DNA of 64,000 bases, taken from contig JBHGNT010000001.1 in the NCBI GenBank assembly GCA_043228905.1, positions 31,124,001 through 31,188,000 on the forward strand, written 5' to 3'. Position 1 is the first letter of the stretch. Every line of letters begins with the position of its first letter. A model generated the notes under the pieces. That model saw nothing but the letters and a program-made list of their open reading frames with translations. It was not told where the DNA came from and did no database searches. Shown one piece after another: positions 38,131-51,691 of this stretch. Source of the stretch: Azolla caroliniana. Its lineage: Eukaryota; Plantae; Polypodiophyta. The translations under genes were made by a program, and so were the position numbers.

Positions 38131-38674
38131 CCAGACACAGTCCACAGCCTTTTAACTCCAAAACACCAGAAAGGCTTCTTCCACCACCCATTCCTGCCTC
38201 TCCTCTGTATTCCTCTCTTCTTTTGCCCTCCTTTTTCCTTCCTACTGCTCTGCTTCCAGACAGACAAAAGCTTAGGAAGGAGAAGTGGAGCGCAAATAAG
38301 AGCCTTAATAGAAAGACTTAAAATGGATCTAGAAGTCTTTTTGGCATATAATCCATGAAGACAGGGTCTCTCTGTCTCTCTCCCTCTGTATACATTTGCA
38401 CTCAGTGCTTCATTAAGTTTCCTTGCTGATTATAAAAAATTTACCTTCGTTCGTTCTTTCTTTCATGTAGGATATGCTTCATAGCTTTGCAATGTACACA
38501 CATTTTGAATTTTGAATTCTTGCTGGAGCTCTTTATTTCTTCTATCTTTACCTTTACATGACATATCTCAACAAAGGCACGGCTAAACCTTCATGGATAT
38601 GCAATGCACATTTTGAACATAGAATCATTGATGAATCTCTATTTATTAAATATTTGGTAGTATGAAATATTGCC

Positions 38675-41600
38675 ATGAAAACAATGACTAAATCCACAGC
38701 AAAAGATGATGGCAAGATCCCTGAGAAGGATAGCCAATCTGTTAAGGTGGCTGTCCATATACGTCCTCTTATCCCTGAGGAGACACTGCAAGGCTGCAAG
38801 GATTGTGTCGCCATTCCTCCCGGAGAACCTCAGGTAAATCCAAGGGTTTGAAATTGAAGAGATTGTGATTCAATTGAAGCTTTCACACACTCCACTTTCA
38901 ATCATTATATTTCTTTTGATTCAAATTGGTGATGTAAATGTTGGTCACTCTCTTCTCCTCCATGATACTGAGGTGATGCGATTGTTCTAAGCCTACATAC
39001 AGTGATTTTTATCAGGATTAGAGGACGTTAACCTCCTGTAAGCTATAGAAATGATCAATCTTTTATGGCACAAATTGTTTTTCGTTACAGGTGCAAATAG
39101 GCAACTTTGGCTTCACTTTTGACCATGTGTATGGAAGCACTGCATCTCCATCATCAAGAATATTTGAAGAATGTGTTGTGCCACTGGTGGATGGCTTGTT
39201 TAATGGCTACAATGCAACAGTTCTTGCTTATGGGCAGGTTAAAATTTTCCTTTGTGTAATCCTATCAAGAAACCAGAACGACTGATTATTTGTAATTCAT
39301 AAAGATCCACCTTGTTTGGAGCACGTAATGTAGGCTACATGAGCATACTGTGCTGTCATTATACCGTGACACTCTCTACACAACCTGTTGTGCCAACTTC
39401 ATAGATTTGATCTTGAGCTCTGCACATTTTATTTACAGATTTTTTCAATATATTAAAAAGATCCAATGTCTGGGGGCCTGTATCTCTCACTTCAGCTTCA
39501 TCCACACCTGCTTGCACTGTTACTTACTTATGAAAATCTTACGCCTTGACTGTGTCTTGAAACACCTGTTTATTATGGAAGACGTGGAGCTACAGTTGGT
39601 CCATAAATGTCTAGTTGTGGGCAATGAGAATGAAATGAAATTTCTGGTCTGTTGCATCCTGACATGATTTTTATGTTCTGTGTGTTCGTGTCTTACTTAT
39701 TTTCATAATTCCTTAGATTGTTAGACTGGGGTTTTATACTTTTTGTCTAAAGTGATTACAGCATTGAGTGAAATGAAATGGAATGCTATATCAATGTGTT
39801 CAAAAGGCCAGATTAGTCTATACAATTTCGGGTAAAGTCAAAGCAAAATTGAACTGTACCTAAATTAGGTAGCTGCCCTAAGTAACTAAGCTGTGATCAA
39901 AGCACAGAGGTACCATGGGTACATGTAATTTGGACAGTACAATGCTCAATATATACATGTGTGGATCAGCCTATGGACACTCTCATAGGATGATGCTGTT
40001 TGACATCACTGTTCTTCCTAATTGAACCTATTGAGGATTGTGCTTGACCTTGAGCAACGACACCATGTATCCTCCAATGTGAAATGTTGTAATTGTGGTG
40101 ATCCTCACCTTTATGTATTGACCGAGCCAAATGAACTGCTTTGTCGAGCAATATTCCACGATGAGGTTTAAATAACCCCAATCATCTCTATTAAGAAAAG
40201 GTTAAACAGCCCCAAACATATCTATAAAAATAAAAGGCTTAAACAGGCCTGAACATCTGAGTGATGAGATAGTTCTTCTAAAAAAATATATGGATGTTTT
40301 TCAGACAGGTTCTGGGAAAACATATACAATGGGGACATGCTCTACAGTCGGTAGCAGCCCAAATGGTATTATTCCTCAAGTGATGGATTTGATCTTTAGA
40401 AAGATTGAAAGATCATTGGAAAAAGTGGAACATCAATTACGGGTCTCCTTCATTGAGGTAGGGTAATTGATTCGGAGTGGAGATGCCTAAGCTATCTGTG
40501 TGTAAAAGGCGGATAATGCATGTTTGCTTAATTAGTGAACATTGGAAAGGTACTTGATGATCCTAGGTTGTGTAAGGTCATATTGGCATTTTCTTTATTC
40601 TTGTTTAGCAGAGCTATTTTTGAGTTCGTTCTCACTCTGGCAGATCCTGAATGAAGAAGTTTATGACTTGATGGATCCAAGCCCTCCAACTACTTACCGC
40701 CCGGATATGTACGTGGGTGCTTACATGAGGCCCCAAGTACCAGCAAAGACTCCTATCCAGATACGGGAGTCAATCAGTGGTGGGATCTCTCTGGCAGGTG
40801 TAACCGAGATAGAGGTCAATAGCTACAGTGAAATGGCCAAGCTGTTAGAACAGGGGTCATCTTCTCGTGCAACAGCAAGCACAAATATGAACTCCCAATC
40901 AAGGTCTGTATTTATTTTGAAGTGAATGAAAGATTCTTGGAATTAAAGTAATCTAATTTGATATTGTGTCGCTTGCTCATGAGCATGCTCTACTGTTCTC
41001 TAGTCGGTCACATGCCATCTTCACAATAACTTTACGGCAGATGCGGGAACCAATAAATTGCAGCACACTGACAGTAGAGGATTTCCACAATGACCTTTTA
41101 TGTGCAAAACTACATCTAGTAGATTTGGCTGGTTCTGAGAGGGTTAAACGCACTGGGACTGATGGGATTCGGTTTAAAGAAGGTATTTTATTGAGATTTC
41201 CAGCTATATTTTTTTACAAAATGAAAGCAGTTTTTTTGTGTGTAGAGAAACCATAGAAAGTGCCAAAAAAATGTACGGCACACTGGTGTGGATTTTTTTG
41301 TACTGAAATCATTTTCCTTTGACTGCCATGGTATACTGAATGGACAAATAACTAACAAGTGGGGCTATGAACATCTTTTATGTTTGGGTTTCCATTTTTT
41401 GTCCAGGCGTTAATATCAACAAAGGCTTGCTGTCTCTTGGAAATGTTATAAGCGTCCTTGGAGATGAGAAAAAGCGGAAAGATGGTGCTCATGTTCCTTA
41501 TCGTGATAGCAAATTGACACGTCTCTTGCAGGTATACCTTTCTTAAATTCTTCTCTTTGTTTATTAATCATGGGATGCAATGCATTCGTCATCATGATGG

Positions 41601-44600
41601 CGTTGCATGACTTACAGGATTCTCTTGGAGGAAACAGCAGGACATTAATGATAGGTAAGTTGAATAGTGATGCATGTAATTCCACATTTTGAGGTTCATT
41701 CTGTCATGTATAAGTTCCGTTTACACATATTCATCCATATGTTTTGCAGCATGCATCAGTCCAGCAGATTCAAATGCAGAGGAAACCCTTAATACTCTGA
41801 AATATGCCAATAGAGCTCGAAAGATACAGAACAAACCAATAGTAAGATTTGCTGTTTCGAATCTCTAATCATTGTTTGGAAAAACTCATGTTATGAAACT
41901 TGGTGGACTATGTTTTCTCTACTTACTGACATTTATTTATTTTGATTTGTTGTTCTCATAGACGAGACAACACTTAAGATGTAATCTCTTGTTTGGTCTT
42001 ATAGGCCATTTTGGCCTCTTCATAGACGTTAATATATCTTTCTTTCTTGCTTTCTTTCTTTCTAGGTCAATCGAGATCCTGTAGCAGCTGAAATTCTACG
42101 GATGCGTGAGCAACTAGAGCTGTTGCAGTCTGAGCTCTTGTGTATTCGAGCTGGAGGTGGACCATTTGAGGAGACCCATGTAAATATTGTTTCTGCTCAA
42201 GTAGTATATGTATAATGTAACATCAGATTCTAGGAGGATTACATGATGTTCCACTACCTCTCAGCGTAGGTTTATTTGGAAGTCTGAAAATGCTATTTTG
42301 CAGCATTAAACTTATAACCATAAGCACATCATACCTACTTGTCGTCATTAGATATCACGTGTCTGAAATTACAGTAGATTAACACTCCAGAATTTCCTTG
42401 AAATTCTGATGAAAGAAGCATCTTATCTGTTCTATAGGGATTAAACTCACTAATCCTTAATAGTTTCAATGGTATCACTGTCCAGCAAAGGTATATTAAA
42501 AACTCAGAGAAGCATATTGTTAAACATATTTCTCAGTGGTGGAACTCAATTTTTTTCAATCAGCAATTGTTAGTGGCAACTCATAAACTCTTTTGATACG
42601 GTAGCATAGGATATGACGGCTTCTTGCCACGTGGAACACGCTGTCAAAGTTCCAACTACATGTTTCTGGGTAGCGTTACACACATGAACCAATGTATTAT
42701 AATTATATATGAAAAATGTAAAATTTTCATTTATAAAAACAGAACTTCCAGAAAGATGTTGAAAACACAGAGAGAACTCACATCTTTAAAGGAATATAGA
42801 GTTATACCACTGTAGAAGTGATATTTTGTAATAATATATGCATACTTATATTCTAATTACTGGCAACTTCACACCGACATCTTTTTTTTGTAGGTGTTGA
42901 AGCAAAAGATAACATGGCTTGAAGCACACAATGCAGAGCTCCGGCAAGAATTACAGCAAGCACATGATCAGCTGCAATTTTATGCACAGCGAGTAATGAA
43001 TGCTCTTGTAAATAATCCATCATTTAAAATTAGCCATGTTAACTGTTTAGCTCTTTTCTGTAAACATTTTAATTGAACTGCGTAGATTGAAAGAGACGAC
43101 TTGCGCCATAAACTTGGTTTATTGCAAAGTGGAAAGACTTGTGATGATCTCAATAATAGTGATGGGTGTCGAGCATGCTGTATCAATAATGTAAGCCTAA
43201 ATGTATTTTAAATAATCTGCTGTTGAAGTTTTGGTTCTAGTTGCTTCAAAATAAGTGGATCTGCCAAAGGATTATTGTTTTGACCCTGGAAATATGTGTA
43301 GAATGGTGAAACACTGCATGCTTACGCAACAAAGGTTCAGGATCTTGAATCAGATAAATACAAAATGGAAATTGCAGATTCAGAATATGCTAGGTCATCA
43401 TCACAACAGGTATTGAATAGACATATGAATTGCTCAAGTGTACCTAATGGACATTGTTTGGAGCTGCAAGCTATCTCACCAGATTCAGGAAATGTGATTT
43501 CCAATTCACATGAAGATGGTTAGTAAGTTTTCCTTAAAGAAGAAAGTTTCCGATGCTTATTATGACGACATGAGGTTAATTTCATGAAGTATTGGAGTGT
43601 AGAAAATGAAGTAACTGTAAAAGAATTGGAGTACACTCGCTTACAAGACAGTATGGACAAAGAACTTCTAGAATTGAATGAAAGACTAGAACAGAAAGAG
43701 GTACTTTGGAGGCGAACACATGTGTGCTTTAGTCTTCCGTCATTTCTGTATTAATGGATCCATGTTACTTATGGTTGTTTCAGGTTGAAATGAAGATGAT
43801 CATGAAACTTGATAATTCTGTTCTGAAGCAGCAGTTTGAGAGGAAGCTGAGGGAGCTTGAAGATGAAAAGTTGTCATTGCAGGTAATTTACCCAATGCAC
43901 TATAAGGTTAGCCATTTGATCATATGATATCTAACTAAATGTTGCTTTAAACAGGCGGAAAAATGTAAATTACTGCAAGAAATTGAAAATCTTGCATACG
44001 TCTCAGAAGAGCAAAATCAGAAAATTCAGGAAACATATGCACAGAAGTTGAAAGATCTAGAATCCCAGGTAATGTATAGTGATAAGCTAGAATATTGACA
44101 TAAATTTGTCTTCGAGAAAAAACAGATGCACTATATTTGCCATCTTGGCATCTGGGTATCAATAACTGAGGGATAGTTCCGGAGTTATAAACTAAATGGC
44201 CAAGTAATATCTATCTCCATCCAAAGTTTCTGAGAGCGTGAAAGGTTTCTTTCTTAAATGGGATTGGGAATATTTGCGTTTTCACCAAAATGAGACCACA
44301 CTAATACATTCTTCATTTTAACAGCTTGTAAGATTGAAAGGAAAACAAGAAAGTCAAGCTGAACTCCTAAAGCAAAAGCTCCATAATGAGGATACTACAA
44401 AAAAATTTCAGGAGGAGATACTACGGATGAAATCACAAAAGGTAGAATGTTTCTTAGCTAATATAATACTTACACAAGCCAAATCTAAATTTCTTTGGTA
44501 ACTGCTAACACTGATATATGTAATGGTATTTTCTTTAATGCTTATTTGCTTGACATGCTTTAGGTTCAACTACAACAAAGAATTAAGCATGAATCGGAGT

Positions 44601-47600
44601 CCTTCAGGAATTGGAAAGGAACTCGTGAAAAGGAACTTTTTCAGGTACCTTATGTTCCTGGTACCAGTTTTGATGAATAATTGTTTTAATTGACATGCCA
44701 TGAACAAACCCTCTCTGTGGACTCTGTATAAAATAGTTAAGAAAGGAGAGGAGAAGAAATGAACATGAGGTGCTGAAGCTGCAGGCACTGAATCAACGCC
44801 AGAAAATGGTATAATAATCTGCAATTTACTATGCTGTATCTTGCATCTACCATTTTATAACTACGGTTTAACAGGTTTTGCAACGCAAAACGGAAGAGGC
44901 AGCAATGACTAATCGGAGGTTAAAGGATGTCCTTGAGGCGCGCAATTCCTCTGTTCGAGAGAATTGTAGTGCTGGTATGATCTCCATATGACTGAATTTT
45001 CAACTATAAGGCTAGGGTATTGCTATGGAGAAATAATGATCGTCTATAACTTTCAGGGTCTAATGCTGCAACTGGGAAACTCAAACAAGTGAAAATTCTC
45101 AACTTTGCTATACGGGTTTAAGTCTTATTGTTTCTATAAATTTTTAGAAGGTTGACCTAATACTTGTAGGTGAGTCTGAAATCATTGCAACAATCTATAA
45201 ACCGGGAATTGGAGGTTGCATTACATATTCATGAAGTCCGCAGCGATTATGAAAAGCAGACAGAATTGTATGTTTTATTTTACCCTCACTGATTCTTTCT
45301 AGTGTCCTGTATGTCTCAAAGACTCTGAATCTTTTGAACTGCAGAAAACAAACTCATTTTCTCTTTAATCAGAATTTATCCAGCATCCACCTATCGTGTA
45401 ATCATTGTTTTGAGCTCTGTAAACACTTTTTTTTGTAGTCTCAATTTACAGATCGATGTTGAGTTCTTTCTATACCCATGGCTATAGGAGACCTGAATGA
45501 ATCCGTACACGAGCATGTGTTGGGCTAACCGGTTCCATGTTTTGTATAGTTTTACGTAAATTACGATATTGGTCTGTATATTGTAAGGTTTTAAGACTGT
45601 AGCTTGTTTGATGAGTTGCTATCTCATGATTAATATAGTTTCCAGCTCCTCAGTGTATTGTTGTCTATATTGGAGATTCATTTCAACCTCTAGATCTTAA
45701 GATGATCTTATCTATTTGGGCTTACCAGTCAGGTTCTTTTGTTTTCTTTTTGTGAATTCATGTACATTTTATGAATGCACATTGATGGCGTTTAACTCTT
45801 ATTTAGGATGCAAAATGATCATGTAGGATGTGCGTAAATTATGATATTGGTCTGTATATTGTAAGGTTTTAAGACTGTAGCTTGTTTGATGAGTTGCTAT
45901 CTCATGATTAATATAGTTTCCAGCTCCTCAGTGTATTGTTGTCTATATCGGAGATTCATTTCAACCTCTAGATCTTAAGATGATCTTATCTATTTGGGCT
46001 TACTAGTCAGGTTCTTTTGTTTTCGTTTTGTGAATTCATGTACATTCTATGAATGCACATTGATGGCGTTTAACACTTATTTAGGATGCAAAATGAGCAT
46101 GTAGGATGTGTGTGTGGATATGAAATCTTTGAGGAAGTTTTTTTTTGGGGTTGGGGGAATACTACTTTTGATGTAATCCAAAGGAGAGTTCTCTTGTGAA
46201 GCATGGGAACCATGATCTGTATCAAGGGCTTTATTTCCAGACACCAGGGTTTGACCTGGGGAAACCAGTGCATGCTTTCAGGAAATGAGTTTCTTGCACC
46301 GGATTTGGGAGCAAGAAAGGAATAGTAATTTACCTTAAGAGACTGAACATGATATTACATCTGAAAATGTTGTCGCATATTTGTGAACAAACGAGAATAA
46401 ATGTTTAAAACTGCGTAAGTTACTTTCGTCTTGAGAGCATTCTTGCCTTCTCCTTGGTTCTGTTCTCATGGTCGTTCACTTCTGTAGGCTGTCACCCAAA
46501 CAGTGGTTGTCTGCATGGATCCTCTCAGTATCCTGACTGCCATAGTTTGGCTGTAGCAGTTGTATATATTACTGAGTGCAGTCCAAGTGGGCCAGCTTTG
46601 GTGAAATGTGATTATTTGTTCTGGAGATGAATGATTAAATGTACATGGCTGACATAAGTAGGTAACCTATGTTTAGGAATGATTGATTACTTATGTTTGT
46701 GCCTGATGAATATCATGAAAGGAGGGCTTCACTTGCAAGACAACTAGAAAAATTAAGACAAGAAGAAGAAATGCAACACAACATGTTGGATCCTGGAAAA
46801 TACCAGTCTGACTGGTGAGTCATGTTGCTGTTTTTATTATTTGCTGTATACTTATGCTAACTTAAAAATAACTTGGAACTTGGCATTGTTTCCATCATTT
46901 ATGTTAAAATGCAGCCCTGCACCATCACTTTCTGTTAGAAGAGAAAGGTCTACTTTGCTGAAGAGTATGCTAGACACGTCTTCAAATACCTTGGTAGCTA
47001 TGGCTTCAGAGCTTTCAGAAGTACAAGACCGTCAAAGTTTCTCTGGCCCAGCTTTCTTGCAACATCTGCAAAGTATGCAGGACGCAAAAACATTGCTCCA
47101 GTACATGTTCAACATAGTGGTAGATGCAAGGTTATATACTGTTCATCTTTTGTGTTTTGGGCTCGCACATGACCCATTTACAGCATTCATAAATATCTGA
47201 TACAACACCAAATATTTTTCAGATGTCAAGTTTTGGATAAGAATATGGAGAACAGAGACTTGAAAGAGAATGTGAGCAACTTAAATGAACTATTGAAGCA
47301 AAGTGAGGCTCAGAGAAGAGAAGTTCATCAGCAGCAACATCTTAAGAAACATGCCATCGCAAAAGCAATTGCAGCATCATCTCAGGTGAGGGATGATTCA
47401 TGTGCATGGGACCTTGAAAATTTTAGAGGACATGTTTTGACATTGGCTTGGTACACAATGGGATTGTCATTCCTTTTAGGAGTCTACTGAAGAAAATTGC
47501 ATGCTATTTTCTTTTAAAGGTTGGATTAGAAATTTCAGTATCGAGGGGTATTGAGGATTCATCAACAAACATCTTACATTCCAAGGATACTCAAGAATTG

Positions 47601-48511
47601 CACTCCACTAATAATCCACCAGTTCATTCACGTTTGTTTGACTTGCTGAATCTGGAATCCCAGAATGGTTCTAACAAGGTATGCTTGGATCAGAAGGTTA
47701 TGGTAATGAGAATCTCACGAACTTGTCTCAGTAACATGTTCATTTTCCATTTCTCCACACATGCAACAAACATCCATGGTAGCTATATCCCACATTTAAA
47801 TTTTGATTGAGCTCTTTAAGTGTTCTTGTTTGGTCACATGTAGACTATCTTGTGCATGTTCCACACTACCTAACATATGGATAGCCATTATATTATTTCT
47901 CTCATTCCTAATATAATGGTATCCTAGTCATGAAATGTCTAAGACACTCTTTTTGAAAGTTAATTTTAGTCACTATTTACCATATATTTACATTTGTTGT
48001 TGCACACTGGGATTGCTAATGTCTAATTATTAGTATTCTTGTGTTGCATATAACAGCCAAAAATCACCTAGGGTCCTTTCATGCATGTAAAATTATGCGT
48101 ATACTGATAATTACAATTAGTTAGACAGTCGAAATCATATGTTTATAGTCACCATGTTGCGTAGGTTGATGTTCCCTCCATCCTATTCCTGTGTCCATTT
48201 GTTCCAGTGATTTCTTACACTCCTTGCCTTTTGTCCATTCTGATGACGATGAGCTGACTAGTATGTCGTTTAGTGGCTAATGATGTAATTTATAATCATA
48301 GATGCAGGTAATCCACAAAGATGCTCGGATTGGTGCAAAATTAGGTAATCCACAACCCAAAAAGAAGAGGTCTAAACGAAGGCATGAACAGTGGCTTTTA
48401 CGTTTCAAATGGAGGTGGCAGAAGCCATGGCGATTATCAGAGTGGATAAGACATGGGGATGAATCCTTAAATACAGCAACGCCATCGAGATTTGCCACTG
48501 AAGGCATATGA
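38675..48511 (+). CDS. KIN4A: Kinesin-4 family motor (KIN4A/FRA1-like), more than 20 exons
   Basis: [28 protein letters not shown]|[52 protein letters not shown]|[20 protein letters not shown], coiled-coil exons, and the FRA1-type C-terminus [19 protein letters not shown]. Confidence 0.92.
45555..46110. repeat. Near-identical 278-bp tandem duplication in a kinesin-4 intron
   Basis: Unit cgtaaatta.gatattggtctgtata...catgtaggatgtg starts at 45555 and 45833. Confidence 0.95.
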
Positions 48512-48877
48512 AAGGAGAAATATTCTTGAATCTATTGGAATGCATGGAGTAGTGTTTATGTACATGAACCCAACAAAGATGTCCAGACAGTTCTCTCTTA
48601 GTGGGAAAATGGTTAGTCCTATTCTTATGCTCATAATTCTATTGATGGAATGATTATATACATCTTATAGCATATACACTCTGGTACATGTCCTAAAACA
48701 AGACTATATGATATGAAATATTCATATAAATATAACATAATCCTCTGGTAGTACATTTTTGTGGGTAGATAATGTTTTCCTCGAGTAGTTGAATTGAAGA
48801 CTCATGTGAACATCATCAGGATGTTGGTGAGGTCAAGTTAAAGGTTAGGGAACGTACACTTGTAAGGCCTTGTTTTT

Positions 48878-48969
48878 TGGCTTTGCGCTTCATTGTCTCA
48901 TGGCATGCTACTAATTAAAGAGCAAAGCCATGAGACAATGAAGAGCAATCTCATGGCATGCTACTAATT
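48878..48969. repeat. Composite inverted and direct repeat (22-bp stem hairpin) downstream of kinesin-4
   Basis: ttgcgcttcattgtctcatggc (48883-48904) pairs with gccatgagacaatgaagagcaa (48927-48948) with 1 mismatch. tctcatggcatgctactaatt is repeated directly. Confidence 0.9.
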
Positions 48970-51691
48970 GTCCAGCCTAATGTGTGACTACTTCCTTTTG
49001 GAGATCAATCTAGTGCAACTCTTCTTTGTACTCCTTGCACTAGTTGTCTCCACTCAGGTTGTTTCTTGCCAGTGTTACTACCAGAGATAAGCACTTCTAC
49101 ACCATCACTGTGAATAGTGTATGGAATAACGCTTTCTGAAGTTGATTCATACTCTTCCGTGTTTATAGAAGACATTTGTTGGCATTGTCCATGGTTATTA
49201 GGAGGCCTGTCTATCTCCACCAAGTTTGGGGTAGAGACTCCATCTCGTCTATGTTGTATGCAATGATGGTGGTACTCTCTCCTTGGCTGCTCACAGGCGT
49301 ATCAACCATGTTAGTTGCCGAAAGAGGTTTCTGATTCTATAGTTATAGAGGTTGTCTCCATAGGTAAATGAAGTGAACTACAAGATGCAAAAATGGTAAT
49401 TTATAAAATTGGCAGGTTCAAAAAAGGAATATAAAGAAGGTAAGAACAAGAACCTTTCCAGAATTGATATGATGGCAGCTAATACTTTTTGTTGTACCCA
49501 ACTTCGTAATGTCAGATCTGGACGAAAAATACTCATTTTGCCGCCAATGGTGGGAGTTCGATCACTTCAATGTGCAGGTGCTGTTTATATTATGATGCCA
49601 GCAACCAAGTGTATTTTTTTACCTACAGGTCCTCGTAATGCTGATTGAATGTAAATACAAACAGAAGAAAGTTATAGAGGATGCTTACATTTTTTGCTTG
49701 TAATTCTCTCATCTCACCATCTCACCCTGACCCATAGATTTATTGACTAGGGTAGATCAATAATATTCATGATCATTGGTTAGTTATTCCAAATGCTGTA
49801 TTCTAAACCTTCTATTTCAACATTTTATTCTTTTTTACATTGTAATAATATACTGTTATATTTTAAAAGATACTTTGCATCCTACGCATAATGGCCATTT
49901 GTGCTCAAAAGAGTTCAATTCAGCAACTTTGCATGCATAGTCCTTATGATGTGGTTATCATTGATCTTGTACTCAAAAGCGTACCTAACTAAGGTATATA
50001 TGGAGAACACTCACTATCCATTGTGTCATTGGTATGAGACAATAAAAGGTTTCCCCTTTTCATGGCAACATCAAAACCTGGGAACTCCGACAATAAGCAT
50101 GAAGAAAATGCTCAAGCACAAGAATATATGGTGACAGTTTCTTCTTCTTATAGTTATACGCATGAAGATGATTAACGTACAAATATGGTGACTTGTATAT
50201 CGTAACAATTATGAACAATATTCATTCGACTACTTCAAGTAAAAGTTACTTACGAAAATTTTGAACTAGATGGTATAAAGTGAAAATGGCTAAAATCTGA
50301 AGAACCATTGTTTAAATGGTATTGCGATTGTCATATTTGTTGAAGTTGTGGTCTTTGTGCTCCAATACATCCAATTAACAGGGTTGTATGTGAAGATTGA
50401 GAAAAACTAGTTTGAATCATAGCAAGAGTAATTACCATGATATGCTCAAAATGTAAATTTTGACAATTGCCCCATATGTGTAAACAGGATTGTCAAATAC
50501 AAAAGCACGAATTGTTATTTACAACTGTGAGAGTCTCTTGGCAACAAAGAATTTGAGTGGTGGAGAATGGAACATCAGAAATTCTTTATTCTCCATTTTG
50601 CTGATTTTCTTCTTATGCTCTCTTTACATGCATATCTAACATCAACTCATAGCGATGGTAATTATATTAAAAGCAAAGCATTGAAGCGGGATACAATGAA
50701 GAGATGGTATGATGAAGCTATATGTTGATGTGCTTCTTAGCAAGCAATACAATCAAGTGGTGTGTTGTTATAGGCTAACCTTACAAATAAATTCAATGGC
50801 TAATTTTAATGTTTTAAGGATACGATCGTCAAAAATTGGTTACCTTAGGAGCTGGGACAAACCCATAAAGACCTATGACATTTGAGAGTAGCCTTATATG
50901 TTTAACTATATAAAGGGAACTGGTGACCCCTTTCATTACGACATCTTGAGGAGACATTGTTGAGTCTCTATTAGAGAGGCTAAGTTCTCTTCTTTGGATT
51001 TGTGATTTCAACAACCTATATATAACATAAGGTAATATTCGATGGTATGGTTCATTGATTGTATTTTATGTTTGTCTCATCTCATATTCTTTGCTCTCTT
51101 CTTCGGATTTACTATTTCAACAACTAATATATACAATAAGGTAATATTCAATGGTATGGAACACCAATGGTATTTTATGTTTGCTCATGTCCCTAGTTCA
51201 ATACATCTTTGTTACATTAAATATAACTTCTTGTAAAAACTTTGTCGGCCCTGAAGATTTGATAGTCTTCAAATTGGTAATCATATCCTAGTGGTAACTT
51301 GTTAGACTATTAGTTCTAGGTCTTGGGATCAAAACCTTGCTTTCTCGCTTCTCTATTACTAGAGAGTCCATACATGTTCTCTCAACTTGTTAGTTGCCAC
51401 TTGTGTGGAATGTAGGAGTTGAACACATGACCTTCTAATCTCCATCAAAACAATAAACAGAGAGTGAAGCTCCACAATCCGTTCTGTTCTCTCGCATTCA
51501 GGTGATTGTCTGTATTAGAGACCTCATCAGAATCTTCCTTTCAACAGAAGGCCGAACCTTGTTCATCGACTAGAAGAAGAAGACGAAGACGAAGACGAAG
51601 AAGGAGAAGGAGAAGGAGAAGGTTCTTTTCCACGCTCCTCGTCATGAACATGGAGCTGCGTTTCTTCTTCATCATCGTGCTATAAAAAAGC

